Shown here piece by piece: positions 19,561 to 30,891 of a stretch of 64,000 nt of DNA. Location: positions 7,959 through 71,958 of the forward strand of contig JAWKSR010000004.1 of assembly GCA_041389005.1 (NCBI GenBank). Reading direction: 5' to 3'. Under the pieces are notes generated by a model. That model made no database searches and was not told where the DNA came from. It saw only the letters and a program-made list of their open reading frames with translations. Source of the DNA: Minisyncoccota bacterium (GTDB taxonomy: Bacteria; Patescibacteriota; Minisyncoccia; Phycocordibacterales; UBA918). The first letter of the stretch is position 1. Each line of letters starts with the position of its first letter. The translations under genes were made by a program, and so were the position numbers.

Positions 19561-19590
19561 AACCCGGCAACAGCGTTTGCCGGGTTTTTT
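19561..19590 (+). terminator. intrinsic terminator of the BTLCP gene
   Basis: aacccggcaa-cagcg-tttgccgggtt followed by tttttt. Confidence 0.8.
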
Positions 19591-19677
19591 GCTGTCTGTT
19601 AACTATTTACTACGAGTAACAATTTGCGGTGTATACTTAAGTAATAGCTTTTTTAAAAGTGATGATTAGATAGTTTT

Positions 19678-21301
19678 ATGAACACCGCCCCTCTCTCATT
19701 AGTAACCTTAGTGCTACATTCGCAACTCATGCCGGTAGTGGCTTTTGCGAAGCGCCACGTACATCGTTCTGGAGTTTTCTTTGGTGACTTCGGTATCGTT
19801 ATCAACGCTTTCGGTGGTGTTTGTGTTAGGCGGGGGAGGAGATACGGGAGGAAGTGGAACAAGTAATACTACTATGGGACCCGATCAGGCACGTGCCGTT
19901 ACCGGACATCAGGCTTCCATCTGGTGACACGTGGTCAAATTCAGGCACAGGAGACAGTATCAGCGTAGAAAACACCTCCACCCCTTCCTCCTCACCTGGA
20001 ACGGAGGGAAGTTTGAACACGAGAACGATTTGTTTGCTAAACCCAACAGTGCCTTCGAAGAATACAAACAAGGACTCGAATCCTATCAGAAAGGTATCAC
20101 TGGCGATATCTATCTACTCAAAAATAATTTAGTACCACTGAAAATGGTGAACTGAAACTCAGATCCGAGAACTGGAACCAGAAGAATCATTCATTGACAC
20201 CTTCACCCTCAACGCCCTTGATCTTAAACCAACAGAGCATTTCATTGCTGACGGCAGCACCGACAGTCATATATCTTTGATACCAAGTGATCCATACTAT
20301 GACAGTGAAGTCACCCACCATTCTCACCGATTTTGCTCAACCACGGATACTGCATAACCAAGCAACCTAACCAAAAGAACAACTAAAGATACTACCCCTG
20401 CACACCAGTGATGAGCTCGTGCTCACCATCACACCAGCCAAGATTGAAACCGACAAAGACCTGTTCCTTTTGGTTGACTCTCACTACCGGGACTGGTCAC
20501 TCGGTGACAGGTGCCATTTTCTACGTGGGAGCGGATGCAGATAACTGGAAAACACTTGCCAATAACACCACCCTAGCTGCCGGTCTCATCCTTGCCCTCG
20601 GAGCGCTCCTCAGTGGCAATAATCCACTGGTAAACCATAAAAAAACTTTCTCAGTCCCGCACACCTATGCTGATGTGCCGGCTTCGCCCGCAACATCGCC
20701 AGAAACGTGCCTTCGGGAGAATTCTAAAGGTGAAATAAACGTCAGCACCAACTGCTTGATAATGGAAGCAGTGGTGGAAGTGGAGGTAGATTCGGGAAAT
20801 CTCGTCATCTCCGCTGGTTCAATGACCGCACAAACCTATCTCCAAACGCTGTTTCCTCGCTACGTACAAACGGCGCAGGAAGTGGTCCGCATTCCCGTGC
20901 ACTCATCCAATCAACGGTGACACAGACTTAGTCGTTCGCATCAAAGCCACCAAAAACACAAAGTGTGTGGAGCCACCCTCTTCTCTGGTGGTAAAACACC
21001 TGTGAGTTAATTACCATTAAAAATCACTAAAGCTACTCACGAACGTACTGGTACCGATCACAGCACCAATTTAACTAAGAAGAATGAGCAATTCTTGACA
21101 CCATCCCCGGTGATGTGGTTGATGTATCAGTACAAGATACCGTTCATCTGACACCAGACGTCACTGCACATTACTCACCACTCATGGTTTCTATACCAAG
21201 CTGTCTCAACCAGCTGCCTATCAGATCGGACCGCGCTGGCTCTCTCGATTGCACAAAGAAGATCGGAAATTGCTTAAGACGTTGCGGTTAGGGGTTTAAT
21301 C
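19678..21301 (+). pseudogene. large secreted/anchored protein gene, copy 1 of a duplicated pair, heavily frame-disrupted
   Basis: Nt 19720-21301 align with 22465-24113 at high identity. The differences are mostly 1-nt length changes in mononucleotide runs. Only short ORFs remain (e.g. 20408..20920). Confidence 0.6.
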
Positions 21302-21316
21302 TATAAATATTTGTTT

Positions 21317-22404
21317 ATGATTTCAAATAAAAATAAGAAAAATTTTGGTAAAGCAACTACGCTCATAATAGGCTTGGTTAGTGTAGTGTTGCTCGGATAT
21401 GTGATCTGGGTGTTAGCTGATAGGTTCATGCCAACTTCCCCTAATAATTCCAATACTGGCACACCAAATCACTACCGAAACAATTAAACCGACTGGAATG
21501 TTGGCTCTAAGTGGTGTTGAAGCAAGTGCCTCAAGCACGTGGCAAATTTATGCCATTGCTGCTGATGGTTCTGAGAACACTTTCCTAACTTATCTCTGCT
21601 CAGTATGACGTGTTTTCCAATGCTTCAGTACATGCATAGACAAAACACAGCCAGAACACTTCTTTTTTAAAGCGCTTTGGGCACCAGATCAAGAAGCAGA
21701 TCCGGCGACTAAATTGTTTGAATATACATACGGCGAGTGGAAATCGTACCGGTTAATCTAGGTGTGGTTCACGGTGATTATCGAATTATTCTCCGTATAC
21801 CGAACAGATAGCCTTCACTCGTTATACGGGAGACGCTACCTCCAGTACAACCAACTTGGTGACTGGGAGATTGTAATCGCCAATCGAGGCGGAACGAAAT
21901 AGGTCTTGTTGCCGATGCTTGGAATCCAGTGTGGTATGAACAAGGAAGTTCACTATTGTATCTCAAAACTGATGGTGTCTACCGATATGATACTGCCACT
22001 AATGAGGAAGACACGGTACTGCGTTTCAACATTACGACAACCAATTCACTGTTGATACTGCTGCTGGTTTTGCTGTCAGTAACGGCGAACGATCCTTGGT
22101 ACTGACACTCGGTAATATTTATTCGTACACCCTTAATGAGTCTGGAGTTTTTGAACAAGTTGTGCGTATACCTGGGACACAAGCAGTGCACTTCAACCCA
22201 GTCTTTGATCCAACCAGCACACTATATGCCACTATAGCAGTGTCTCGCGACAGCCCGGTGCCTGCTATTGAAATACGCGCTATTGAGGGAGTAGAACCAC
22301 TTGTGACCATTCCCCTCACTGATTTCACACCGGGACAGATGAGTCTCGATGATTGGGCGACACACACCCCAACGTGCGTAACAGGAAAGAAACAGTGTTT
22401 GTAA
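21317..22404 (+). pseudogene. TolB/PD40-like beta-propeller secreted protein, frame-disrupted
   Basis: N-terminal anchor MISNKNKKNFGKATTLIIGLVSVVLLGYVIWVL. Later pieces such as WNPVWYEQGSSLLYLKTDGVYRYDTATNEEDTVL read in other frames. Lies between the two paralog copies. Confidence 0.45.
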
Positions 22405-22415
22405 GCTAACGTATA

Positions 22416-24113
22416 TTGACCATACCGTATGAATCTAACTCTATTAACAAACACCATATTAAACTCGCAACTCATGCTAGTAGCAGCTTTTGCAAGCGCC
22501 ACGTGTGCATCGTTGGAGTTTTCTTTGGTGACTTCGGTATGTTATCAACGCTTTCGGTGGTGTTTGTGTTAGGCGGGAGGAGAACTTGGGAGAATCAAGT
22601 TCAGGTCTTCGCACTTCAGTTAGCGTAACCGCAGCGCGGCAGGCGCAAGATCTCAGGGAAGTCACTGGCACAGAAGCCTATGATGAACTCAAAGTGGTTA
22701 CAGTACTGGAGTCGTAGGTACCAGTGGTCTAGGTATCGGGTATGACACCGTTGGAGTAAATGTAGAAAGTGATTCAAACTCCACCCCCACTTCCTCCTCA
22801 CCTGGAATGGAAAACAGTTTACACACGAGAACGATTTCTTGTTTGCTAAACCCAACAGCGCCTTCGAAGAATACAAACAAAGGACTCGAGTCCTATCAGA
22901 AAGGTATCACTGGCGATATCTATCTACTCAAAAATAATTTAGTACCACACGAAAATGGTGAACTGAAACTCAGATCAAGAACTGGAACCAGAAGAATCAT
23001 TCATTGACACCTTCACCCTCAACGCCCTTGATCTTAAACCAACAGAGCAATTTCATTGCTGACGGCAACCTCAAACAGTCATATATCTTTGATACCAGAG
23101 CAGTCACATACTATGACAGTGAAGTCACCCACCATTCTCACCGATTTGCTCAACCACGGACACTGCATAACCAAAGCAAGCCTAACCAAAAAGAGTACCA
23201 ACTAAAGATACTACCCTGCACGCAGTGAGCTCGTGCTCACCATCACACCAGCCAAGATTGAAACCGACAAAGACCTGTTCCTTTTGGTTGACTCTCACTA
23301 CCGGGACTGGTCACTCGGTGAGCAGGTGCCATTTCTACGTGGGAGCGGATGCAGATAACTGGAAAAACACTTGCCAATAACACCACCACCCCTAGCTGCC
23401 GGTCTCATCCTTGCCTCAGGACGCTCCTCAGTGGCGGCAATCCACTGAAACGCCATAAAAAGCTTTTCTCAGTCCGCACACCTATGCTGATGTGCCGGCT
23501 GCGCCGCCAACATCGCCAGGAAACGTGCCTTCGGGAGAATTCTAAAGGTGAAATAAACGTCAGCACTAATTGCGATAATAACAACAGAGGCGGCGGTCGT
23601 TCGTTGGTCATCTCCGCTGGTTCAATGACCGCACAAACCTATCTCCAAACGCTGTTTCCTCGCTACGTACAAACGGCGCAGGAAGTGGTCCGCATTCCCC
23701 GTGCACTCATCCAATCGCTTGGTGACACAGACTTAGTCGTTCGCATCAAAGCCACCAAAAAAACACAAAGGTGTGGAGCCACCCTCTCTTCTCTGGTGAA
23801 AGTCAAAACACCTGAGTTAGTACCATTAAAAATCACTAAAGCTACTCACGAACGTACTGGTACCGATCACAGCACCAATTTAACTAAGAAGAATGAGCAA
23901 TTCTTGCACACCATCCCCGAAGTGATGTGGTTGATGTATCAATTTAAAGATGCACCTCGTTCAGCTGACACCAGACGTCACTACGTACTCACCACCAACG
24001 GCTTCTATACCAAACTGTCTCAACCAGCTGCCTATCAGATCGGACCGCGCTGGCTCTCTCGATTGCACAAGAAGATCGGAAATTGCTTAAGACGTTGCGG
24101 TTAGGGTTTAATC
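22416..24113 (+). pseudogene. large secreted/anchored protein gene, copy 2 of the duplicated pair, frame-disrupted
   Basis: Aligns with copy 1 at an offset of about 2745 nt. The longest surviving ORF is 23349..24104. Confidence 0.6.
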
Positions 24114-24144
24114 AACTTCTAAATTTTTTTGAGAAATTACGATA

Positions 24145-24178
24145 AAAAGAGCCCAGCTAGTATCCAGCTGGGATTTTT
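24145..24178. terminator. intrinsic terminator between paralog copy 2 and convergent murE
   Basis: aaaagagcccagctag-tat-ccagctgggattttt. Confidence 0.7.
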
Positions 24179-24183
24179 CTCAT

Positions 24184-25466
24184 TTACAGTTGTTGTAATG
24201 CTTCCTGCATCACTTCAGCATCCTCCAGGGTTCTTTAGTGTTGTTTGGACCTTGATATAGGGGTCGGTGCCTTTGCCGGAAACGATGACATAATCACCGT
24301 CCTTCGCTTTAGCGGACGGCTGCAGCAATAGCTTCTCGCCGATCCATAATGATGTCGAGTTTGTTTTGATTTTTTATTCCCTTGACCATATCTTCAACGA
24401 TCTGACGAGGATTTTCATCATACGGATCTTCGTTAGTAAGGATGATGTGATCACAATATTGCTCAGCAATTCGTCCCATTTCCGGGCGTTTCCAGGTGTC
24501 TCTACCGCCACCGGTATTGCCAAGCACACACACTTTTGGCACCTCTTTAAAGGCAAGATAGAGCTTTTCGAGTGAGTCAGGGGTATGAGCATAATCAACA
24601 ATGGCTGTGACGTGTTTGGTAGCCTCTTTAGGGGAGTAGAAGTGTTCAACTCGTACATGAATGGGTGGGAGATCTTGCAGGGCAGTGGTAATAGTATGTA
24701 GTGAAACACCAAGTGCACGAGTAAGGGTGATGGCAGCGAGGGTGTTGTAGACATTAAAAAGCCCAACCAATGGCACTCGTACTGTCACTTCCTCGGTTCC
24801 GTCTTGGAAAATGAGTCCAATGCCGTCGCGGTGCAAGGTGTGGAGCTTAAGATCCTGCAGTCTATACGGTAACTTTTCTTCTACCGAAACATCTAAAAAG
24901 TCCTTTCCATGTTCATCATCCATATTAGCCACTATGTACCGAGGCTGCTTACCTGACTCTAACAACTGTTCAGCAATCGCTAACTTTGCTGCTTTATATT
25001 TTTCAAAAGAGCCGTGTGATTCAATATGCTCAGGAGATAAGTTAGTGAATACTAAAGCATCGAAATCGATAAACTTATGACGGAATTGCTTTGCTCCCTC
25101 CGAAGTCATTTCCAGAACGACATGGGTACAACCAGCGGTTACCGCTTGTCGTAGGAATCGCTGCACGAACAGACGACCAGGTGTGGTCATCTTATACCGG
25201 TTTGGTGTGTCGGTATCACCGATAGTAAAGTGAATGGTTGAGAGAGAAGCGACTTTATGACCGTTGGCGCGCAAAATCGCGCTAATAAGTTCCACGACGG
25301 TAGACTTTCCTTTAGTGCCGGTCACCGCGATAACAACCAATTCTTTTGCTGGATGCTGATACACTGTTGCTCCGAGCCAGGCTAAGAAAAAATGATACGG
25401 TGGACGAATGAAGCCAAGTAGTATTTTTGGGGTAACCCGTTTTATCCAATACAGCAGCATTTCCAT
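24184..25466 (-). CDS. murE: Mur ligase, MurE-like; C-terminal ~40 codons frame-disrupted
   Basis: ORF 24309..25466 has VTGTKGKSTV (P-loop), KMTTPG and TSEGAKQFRH. After the apparent stop the sequence continues in other frames as ..KDGDYVIVSGKGTDPYIKV.. and ..WEDAEVMQEALQQL plus a stop at 24184. Confidence 0.75.
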
Positions 25467-25510
25467 AGCATTAGTATAAGTGAAGAGGCTAAAGAGCGCA
25501 CATTTTGTGT

Positions 25511-26104
25511 TTATGAATTTAAGGTTTGTAGGGCAACGCGCACAACTTCAGCGGATGAGACCAATTCCGGATGATTTTTTTGAGCGTTCTGAACAGCTTT
25601 ACGAGCTTCACTGTGAGGATAGCCAAGCGCTGCCAAGGCATCAATGGCGTCAGTTGTTGATTGGGTCGCGGGCGTCTCGCTGTCGGTTGATTGTGATGTA
25701 AGTGTAGATGAATCTAACTTATCTTTTAGTCCGATAATTATTTTTTCAGCACTCTTTTTACCGATACCGGACATCTTTGAAAGGTAAGAAGCGTCCTCGT
25801 TTGCCACTGCCTGGCGTAACAATTCAGGGTCAGCTTGGCGAAGAAATTGCAGCGCAGTTTTAGGACCAACTTTTGGAATGGTAAGCAATAATTCAAATAT
25901 CTCACGTTCATCTCGTGTAGCAAATCCATAGAGATCTTGTCCATTGTCGCGAATCGCATGATAAATAAAAAAATGAACATCTTGATCCAGCGAATAGGAT
26001 TCGGGTGCTGCGGTGGTGCATACCAGATATCCTACACCGTTATTTTCCACCGTTACCCCTTGAGTCTCAATATCACTAATCGCTCCGCGCAACTGTCGTA
26101 TCAT
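25511..26104 (-). CDS. ruvA: Holliday junction DNA helicase subunit RuvA
   Basis: ORF 25511..26119 trimmed to MIRQLRGAISD... OB domain, HhH motifs (LLTIPKVGPKTA, MSGIGKKSAEKI) and a C-terminal domain III. Confidence 0.9.
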   Translation of the reverse strand: MIRQLRGAISDIETQGVTVENNGVGYLVCTTAAPESYSLDQDVHFFIYHAIRDNGQDLYGFATRDEREIFELLLTIPKVGPKTALQFLRQADPELLRQAVANEDASYLSKMSGIGKKSAEKIIIGLKDKLDSSTLTSQSTDSETPATQSTTDAIDALAALGYPHSEARKAVQNAQKNHPELVSSAEVVRVALQTLNS

Positions 26105-26127
26105 AAGGATAGTATACAATACAGCGT

Positions 26128-26938
26128 ATGTTGACTAATGTATCAAAACTTTTTGCCTCGCTTGTCAATTGGTGGATTGGGGCGTTCCTTATAATTGGAA
26201 TGATATGCGGTCTTTGGGCGCTTACACAAACGCCGTACCGAGATTACCTCACTCTTGAGTGGTGGCACGGTGACTACTTTGCCCTTGGACAGTACTACTT
26301 CAATCATGGTGACCATGCTAACGGCACCTACTGATATTGAGCGAGCAGAACATTATTATGAGCGCGCGGTGGCACAAGATCCCGATCAAAATCCGCTGTT
26401 GTGGCACCAGCTCGGACAGATTCATTTTTTAAATGGGAAATTCGATGAAGCCATTACTACCTTTGGGGAACGGATTGGCACGCCACAGCGGCGCTATCCC
26501 AAATGTGTATTACATGTTGGCATTGACCTATGGGTATAAAGCTCGTGCACAAACTGATGTAACAGCCTGGCAAAGAGCGAGAAGAGTTTTATTACGTATC
26601 TTACCTATGATCCCTTGACCCTTGGGCACGGGTAGATCTTGCGTGGGTATACTTTGCGCAGGGGAAATACGAAGAGATGTTGCCAGTACTGGAGGTCGGA
26701 CTCACACACCATTCGGATAATCCCTGGTTACTCAAATATGTATGGTTTGGCACTGTTAAATACTGACGAACAAGAGCGAGCGCAACAATACTTTATATGG
26801 GCTTCGGCTGAGGCTCAACAACTCACCGTAAATGACTGGGGAAGTCATATCCGGGCAATAATCCAGCCGAGTGGGAGCGTGGTCTGGCAGAATTTCAAGA
26901 AGCAATTAAAGAAGAATTTAGAATTAGTGAGTAATTAA
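26128..26938 (+). pseudogene. membrane-anchored TPR-repeat protein, several frame changes
   Basis: ORFs 26128, 26255, 26433 and 26639 are successive pieces: AEHYYERAVAQDPDQNPLLWHQLGQIHFLNGKFDEAI; NVYYMLALTYGYKA; AWVYFAQGKYEEMLPVLE. Confidence 0.55.
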
Positions 26939-26988
26939 CCACAGGGGTCACGCACCCAAAAGTTCATAACTATTGCATAATAAAGGTA

Positions 26989-28253
26989 ATGAGATATGCG
27001 ATATCGGTGGCAACTTTATCAGTTGTACTTTTGGGCGCGGTAGCAGCACTTGGCTTTTACTACCTTGATGCACTGACTCCACGCGCGGTTGCTTCGGTGG
27101 AACTTGGTATTACAGAATTATCTCCACGTGGCGAAGCGGGTGGTTGAGCAATGCCACATGATGGGTGCTTCGGTAGAATTGTCTTATCGTCAGCAAGGAG
27201 AAAGTACGTGGCAAACTGCCAGTCCAGGCATTTGCCAGATGATGACCCCATTGATCTGCAGTGGGAATCAGTCTCGGGTACCTCTGACATGAACTGAGTG
27301 TGTCTTCACCAGTGGGTATCGGGTACCAACTGGTGCAGCAGCTTCATTTCTGACACCTCACTTGGTAGTTCAGTCAGCCGTATACTTTCAGAAGGTAGGC
27401 AACGCCTCAGCCTTCACCGTTAGTTGTACTGATGATCATGAAGAATCAGGACATAATGGTATTCCATACAGTGATCAAGACACGGTTTATTTGATGTTGT
27501 CTGGACAATGTAATGACGGGGTTGATAACGATGGTGATGGTCTTACTGATGAAGATGATCCTGGTTGTCATACTGATGGTGATCCAAATGATGGCGATGA
27601 CACCTATGATCCACTCAGTGATGACGAAGATGACACCTCGCCAAGTATGACGTTACAGGCGTGTGATGATGATGGTGTCTGTGCTGACACTGGTGAAACC
27701 TTGATTATTGAGCTTGATGAGGTAGAAGTAATCTGGACCTCACAAAATACTGATTTCTGTGATTCAGTAGGAACCTTCAATATGACCGGCAGTCCAACGG
27801 TGGTTCCGATGATGTGTCACGAACCAGACGCAGGCGAGACTGTAGATTTCATTGTCGCGTGCGGTAATGGTGGTGTTCCTCAAGTGGCTCGCTCAGTGGC
27901 TGTACGCTTGCCAGCTATTCGATTGATTCCATGCGAATCCACCAATTGTACCGTCAACCGGTATGCCGGCTGGGGATCCAGCGACAGTCGAACCACAATA
28001 CGAGGGTTATATACCTGCACTGTGTACCCTCACCGGTAAAGGAGTAGGCGGCGGTTCTAGTAGTGGCACCCGAACGATCCAAGAGTTGATCGATGATGGC
28101 GATCTTACTGATGGTATGAAGTTGATCTCAATACTCAAGGAGAAACCACATATATACTTGAATGTCAGGCTGATTCTGATGGTGATGGAGTGGGAGATGG
28201 TGATCCAGTACAAGACACAGCCACCTTCAGGATCTTACCGGTTATCGAAACTA
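26989..28253 (+). pseudogene. secreted Asp-rich repeat protein (DGVDNDGDGLTDEDDPGC-type motif), frame-disrupted
   Basis: ATG at 26989 gives MRYAISVATLSVVLLGAVAALGF (anchor) and then a stop. ORF 27362..28039 contains CNDGVDNDGDGLTDEDDPGCHTDGDPNDGDDTYDP. Terminator hairpin aaaagcccgttg-cac-aacgggctttt at about 28268-28294. Confidence 0.5.
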
Positions 28254-28330
28254 AAAACAAACCCATAAAAGCCCGTTGCACAACGGGCTTTTATATTACA
28301 TTTTGTAATGACTACGGTATAGTTTCGCCC

Positions 28331-28600
28331 ATGCCAATTACTAAAGGAGCGCAAAAAGCCCATCGAGCATCGCTACGCAAGCGCGTTTTTAACGTGCGAT
28401 GTCGCAAAGCAGCGGTGAATGATATCGGTAAAGAAAAATCCGAAAGCTGGTTGCAGCTGGCAATACTGAAGAAGCAACGAAGACTGCTTACCAAAGCATA
28501 CAAAGCAATCGACAAGGCGGCTAAGCGTGGAGTTATAAAAACTAATACTGCCGCCCGCAAAAAGTCACGGTTGGTAGCTGCCATTAAGCGATCACAATAA
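28331..28600 (+). CDS. rpsT: 30S ribosomal protein S20
   Basis: ORF 28190..28600 trimmed to MPITKGAQKAHRASLRKR... Ends with ..AIDKAAKRGVIKTNTAARKKSRL, typical of S20. Confidence 0.8.
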   Translation: MPITKGAQKAHRASLRKRVFNVRCRKAAVNDIGKEKSESWLQLAILKKQRRLLTKAYKAIDKAAKRGVIKTNTAARKKSRLVAAIKRSQ

Positions 28601-28669
28601 ATATCCCCAACGGGGATATTTTTATATATGGCAACTGGCATGAAATAGGCGTGCTACAATTAACGCATC

Positions 28670-29139
28670 ATGGACGAGGTAGCCCACGCTGTTTTCTGGG
28701 AAGCGCCTGAACACCATCACTTTGAGAAAGGAAGTGACTGGTTTTGGGCGCTTGGAATCATTGCACTGTGTGGCGCAGTGGCAGCGTTCTTTTTGGGTAA
28801 TTTTTTGTTATCACTCCTCATCATCATCGCGGCGTGTGCGATGGCGCTCGTTGCCGCTCGTGATCCACGGGTGGTTGACTTTGCAGTTACTACTCGTGGT
28901 GTGACATTTGAAGAAATGCACTGTATATCCGTACAATACCCTCGAATCGTATGCTATAGATGAGACAGACCCACAAGGACCACCAGCTGATCATAAAATC
29001 AAAAACTTTTATGCCCCTTTTGATTATGCCTATTCCGGAAGAATATATTGATGAGATTGATGATATTTTGTCATCAAGCTAGAAAATGAAGAACTCGAAG
29101 AGCCTTAGCACACAAGTTTTAGAAACACTAGGCTTCTGA
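28670..29139 (+). CDS. small membrane protein, C-terminal third frame-disrupted
   Basis: ORF 28670..28963 (two TM segments). It continues in other frames as ..YNTLESYAIDETDPQGPP.. and ..IPEEYIDEIDDIL..FLETLGF plus a stop at 29137-29139. Confidence 0.45.
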
Positions 29140-30135
29140 CGTCCTTTTGTAGACAACACCACACCCAATCACATACGCTAAAATCAACTGAAAAATAATG
29201 GCATACCAAAGAAACATAATGTTTTGATACTGCAATAGATGTATCTGTATATGATGACCAACAATCATATGAACCACATAAATGTAGAATAGACCAACTG
29301 ATAGAGTGTGTATGAGACCATAGGCGTAGAGCCTTATTTTTCTCTGCGCGATAAGATGGACACTTCCAAAAGTGATAAGACAGACTCCAAGACTACCTAC
29401 TACCTGCAGGGTTGGGGGCTGAAAGAACAATACCCCATAAATTTTGAAAATCAAACGCATAGAGTAGTTGGTTTGCTATAGCAGACCAAAACACAAACAG
29501 GACTCCAACGCCAATAACCTGCAATGAGCGTAAGGCACCCACTCTTATACAGTGTATGGGCAAGTAGATATCCTATAGCTACCATCGAAAACCAAGGGAA
29601 GAGCGGCCAAAAGTGGATACTGTATGGTTCTCCAATAAGAGCTGCAACAAAATATAAACCACTGTGTTGTTCAAACATAATTCTCAATACGGGTGCGAGT
29701 ATAAGACTCAGTCCACCAAATAACAAAATTCCCCATGTACCTACAACTCGTAACCAGAGATACGCAATGACCATACTCAGCGCGAAAAATTGCAATACAT
29801 TCCACTGAAAGAAATAAGCCCCACCGAATGCTAATAGATTCATACCAAACCCGACAATACACAGTATGGATGCTCGCCTCAAAATATAAGCAATTGGAGG
29901 CAATGCCTTTTGTTGGTGTTGGTAAGAAAAACAGAAAAAAGTGCCGCCCTGCGGGCGGCTGGAAACATCATGACAAAAAAGGCAACGACACGAGGAATGT
30001 TAAACCAACCTTCTAATGCCGTTGATTGTGCGAATGGATGATACGACAGCCACCAGATAGTGTTATGTACAAAAATCATGGCCACCAAACAGAGAGCCTT
30101 AATAACATCCAGTGTGACCCATCTCGTTGTTCCAT
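29128..30135 (-). pseudogene. polytopic membrane acyltransferase-like protein (DUF1624 / acyltransferase-3-like), frame-disrupted
   Basis: ORFs 29128..29460, 29451..29903 and 29879..30088 are consecutive hydrophobic pieces. The N-terminus ..RWVTLDVIKALCLVAMIFVHN fits the DUF1624 pattern (R..LD..R/K..A...M...H). Confidence 0.45.
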
Positions 30136-30159
30136 AGCGAGTGTATGAGGCATTATAGT

Positions 30160-30891
30160 ATGATAGTGCTGAAAATGTTAAAGCCTTACCCTAGATTGCC
30201 TGTACAGACAATCATATCAAGAAGCGCCATGTGGTTTTTGGGGACTCGTATTTTTTCCACTCAGAATACTTGGTTTTGTTACACTTCAATCTCATTACAA
30301 TGAATTTGAAAGAAAGAATAGTCCATTACATTGTGCTTCAAATCACCGCCTCCAGCTGACCCACTAATAATTGGAATCGCTTTATTTCCTTTTTTAACGT
30401 ACTGTTTTACGCCACTGTCACCGTATGCCGCACCGTTACACCGTTTGGTAAAGCCCGGACAACGCTTGGCACGTAAACTTGGCTTTTTTCAGGTAGTTTA
30501 TTTCATCTTCAATGTGGTACGCATACCAGACAATACATCTTTTGAAGAAAAACTCGCCCCTTTGGTAAGTGTCGTAAAAAAAGGACACACAGTGTTAATT
30601 TTTCCGGAAGGTAAAAGTGTACGCGAAGATCATGTACAGCCTTTTAAACGCGGAATCGCCGAACTATATCGTCAGACTCGTGTGCCGGTTGTGCCATGTA
30701 CTGTCCATTATAAGAAGGGGTGGGCACTTCCTCGCGCCGTAGTAACGTTTGGTGCTCCACTCCATGTACCAAACATTATTCTTGAAAAGGGCGATTTAGA
30801 AGAAATAGCGGAGTATCTCAGGCGTGTAGTTGATGATCAGTACCAAAAAAGTACAATGAGCGATATAATCACCCGCTATGATACTCGCTGA
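30160..30891 (+). CDS. lysophospholipid (1-acyl-glycerol-3-phosphate) acyltransferase, PlsC/AGPAT family; N-terminal part frame-disrupted
   Basis: ORF 30331..30891 has FPEGKS (motif III) and VPVVPCTV (motif IV). The NH(x4)D motif is readable just upstream (ASNHRLQL / DPLIIGIAL) only by changing frame. Confidence 0.7.

Noticed and set aside
19678-24113. The large repeats as a CRISPR array, an IS element or a composite transposon.
   Set aside because: The repeat unit is 1.6 kb of degraded protein-coding sequence. There are no short regularly spaced repeats, no terminal inverted repeats and no transposase-like peptide in any frame.
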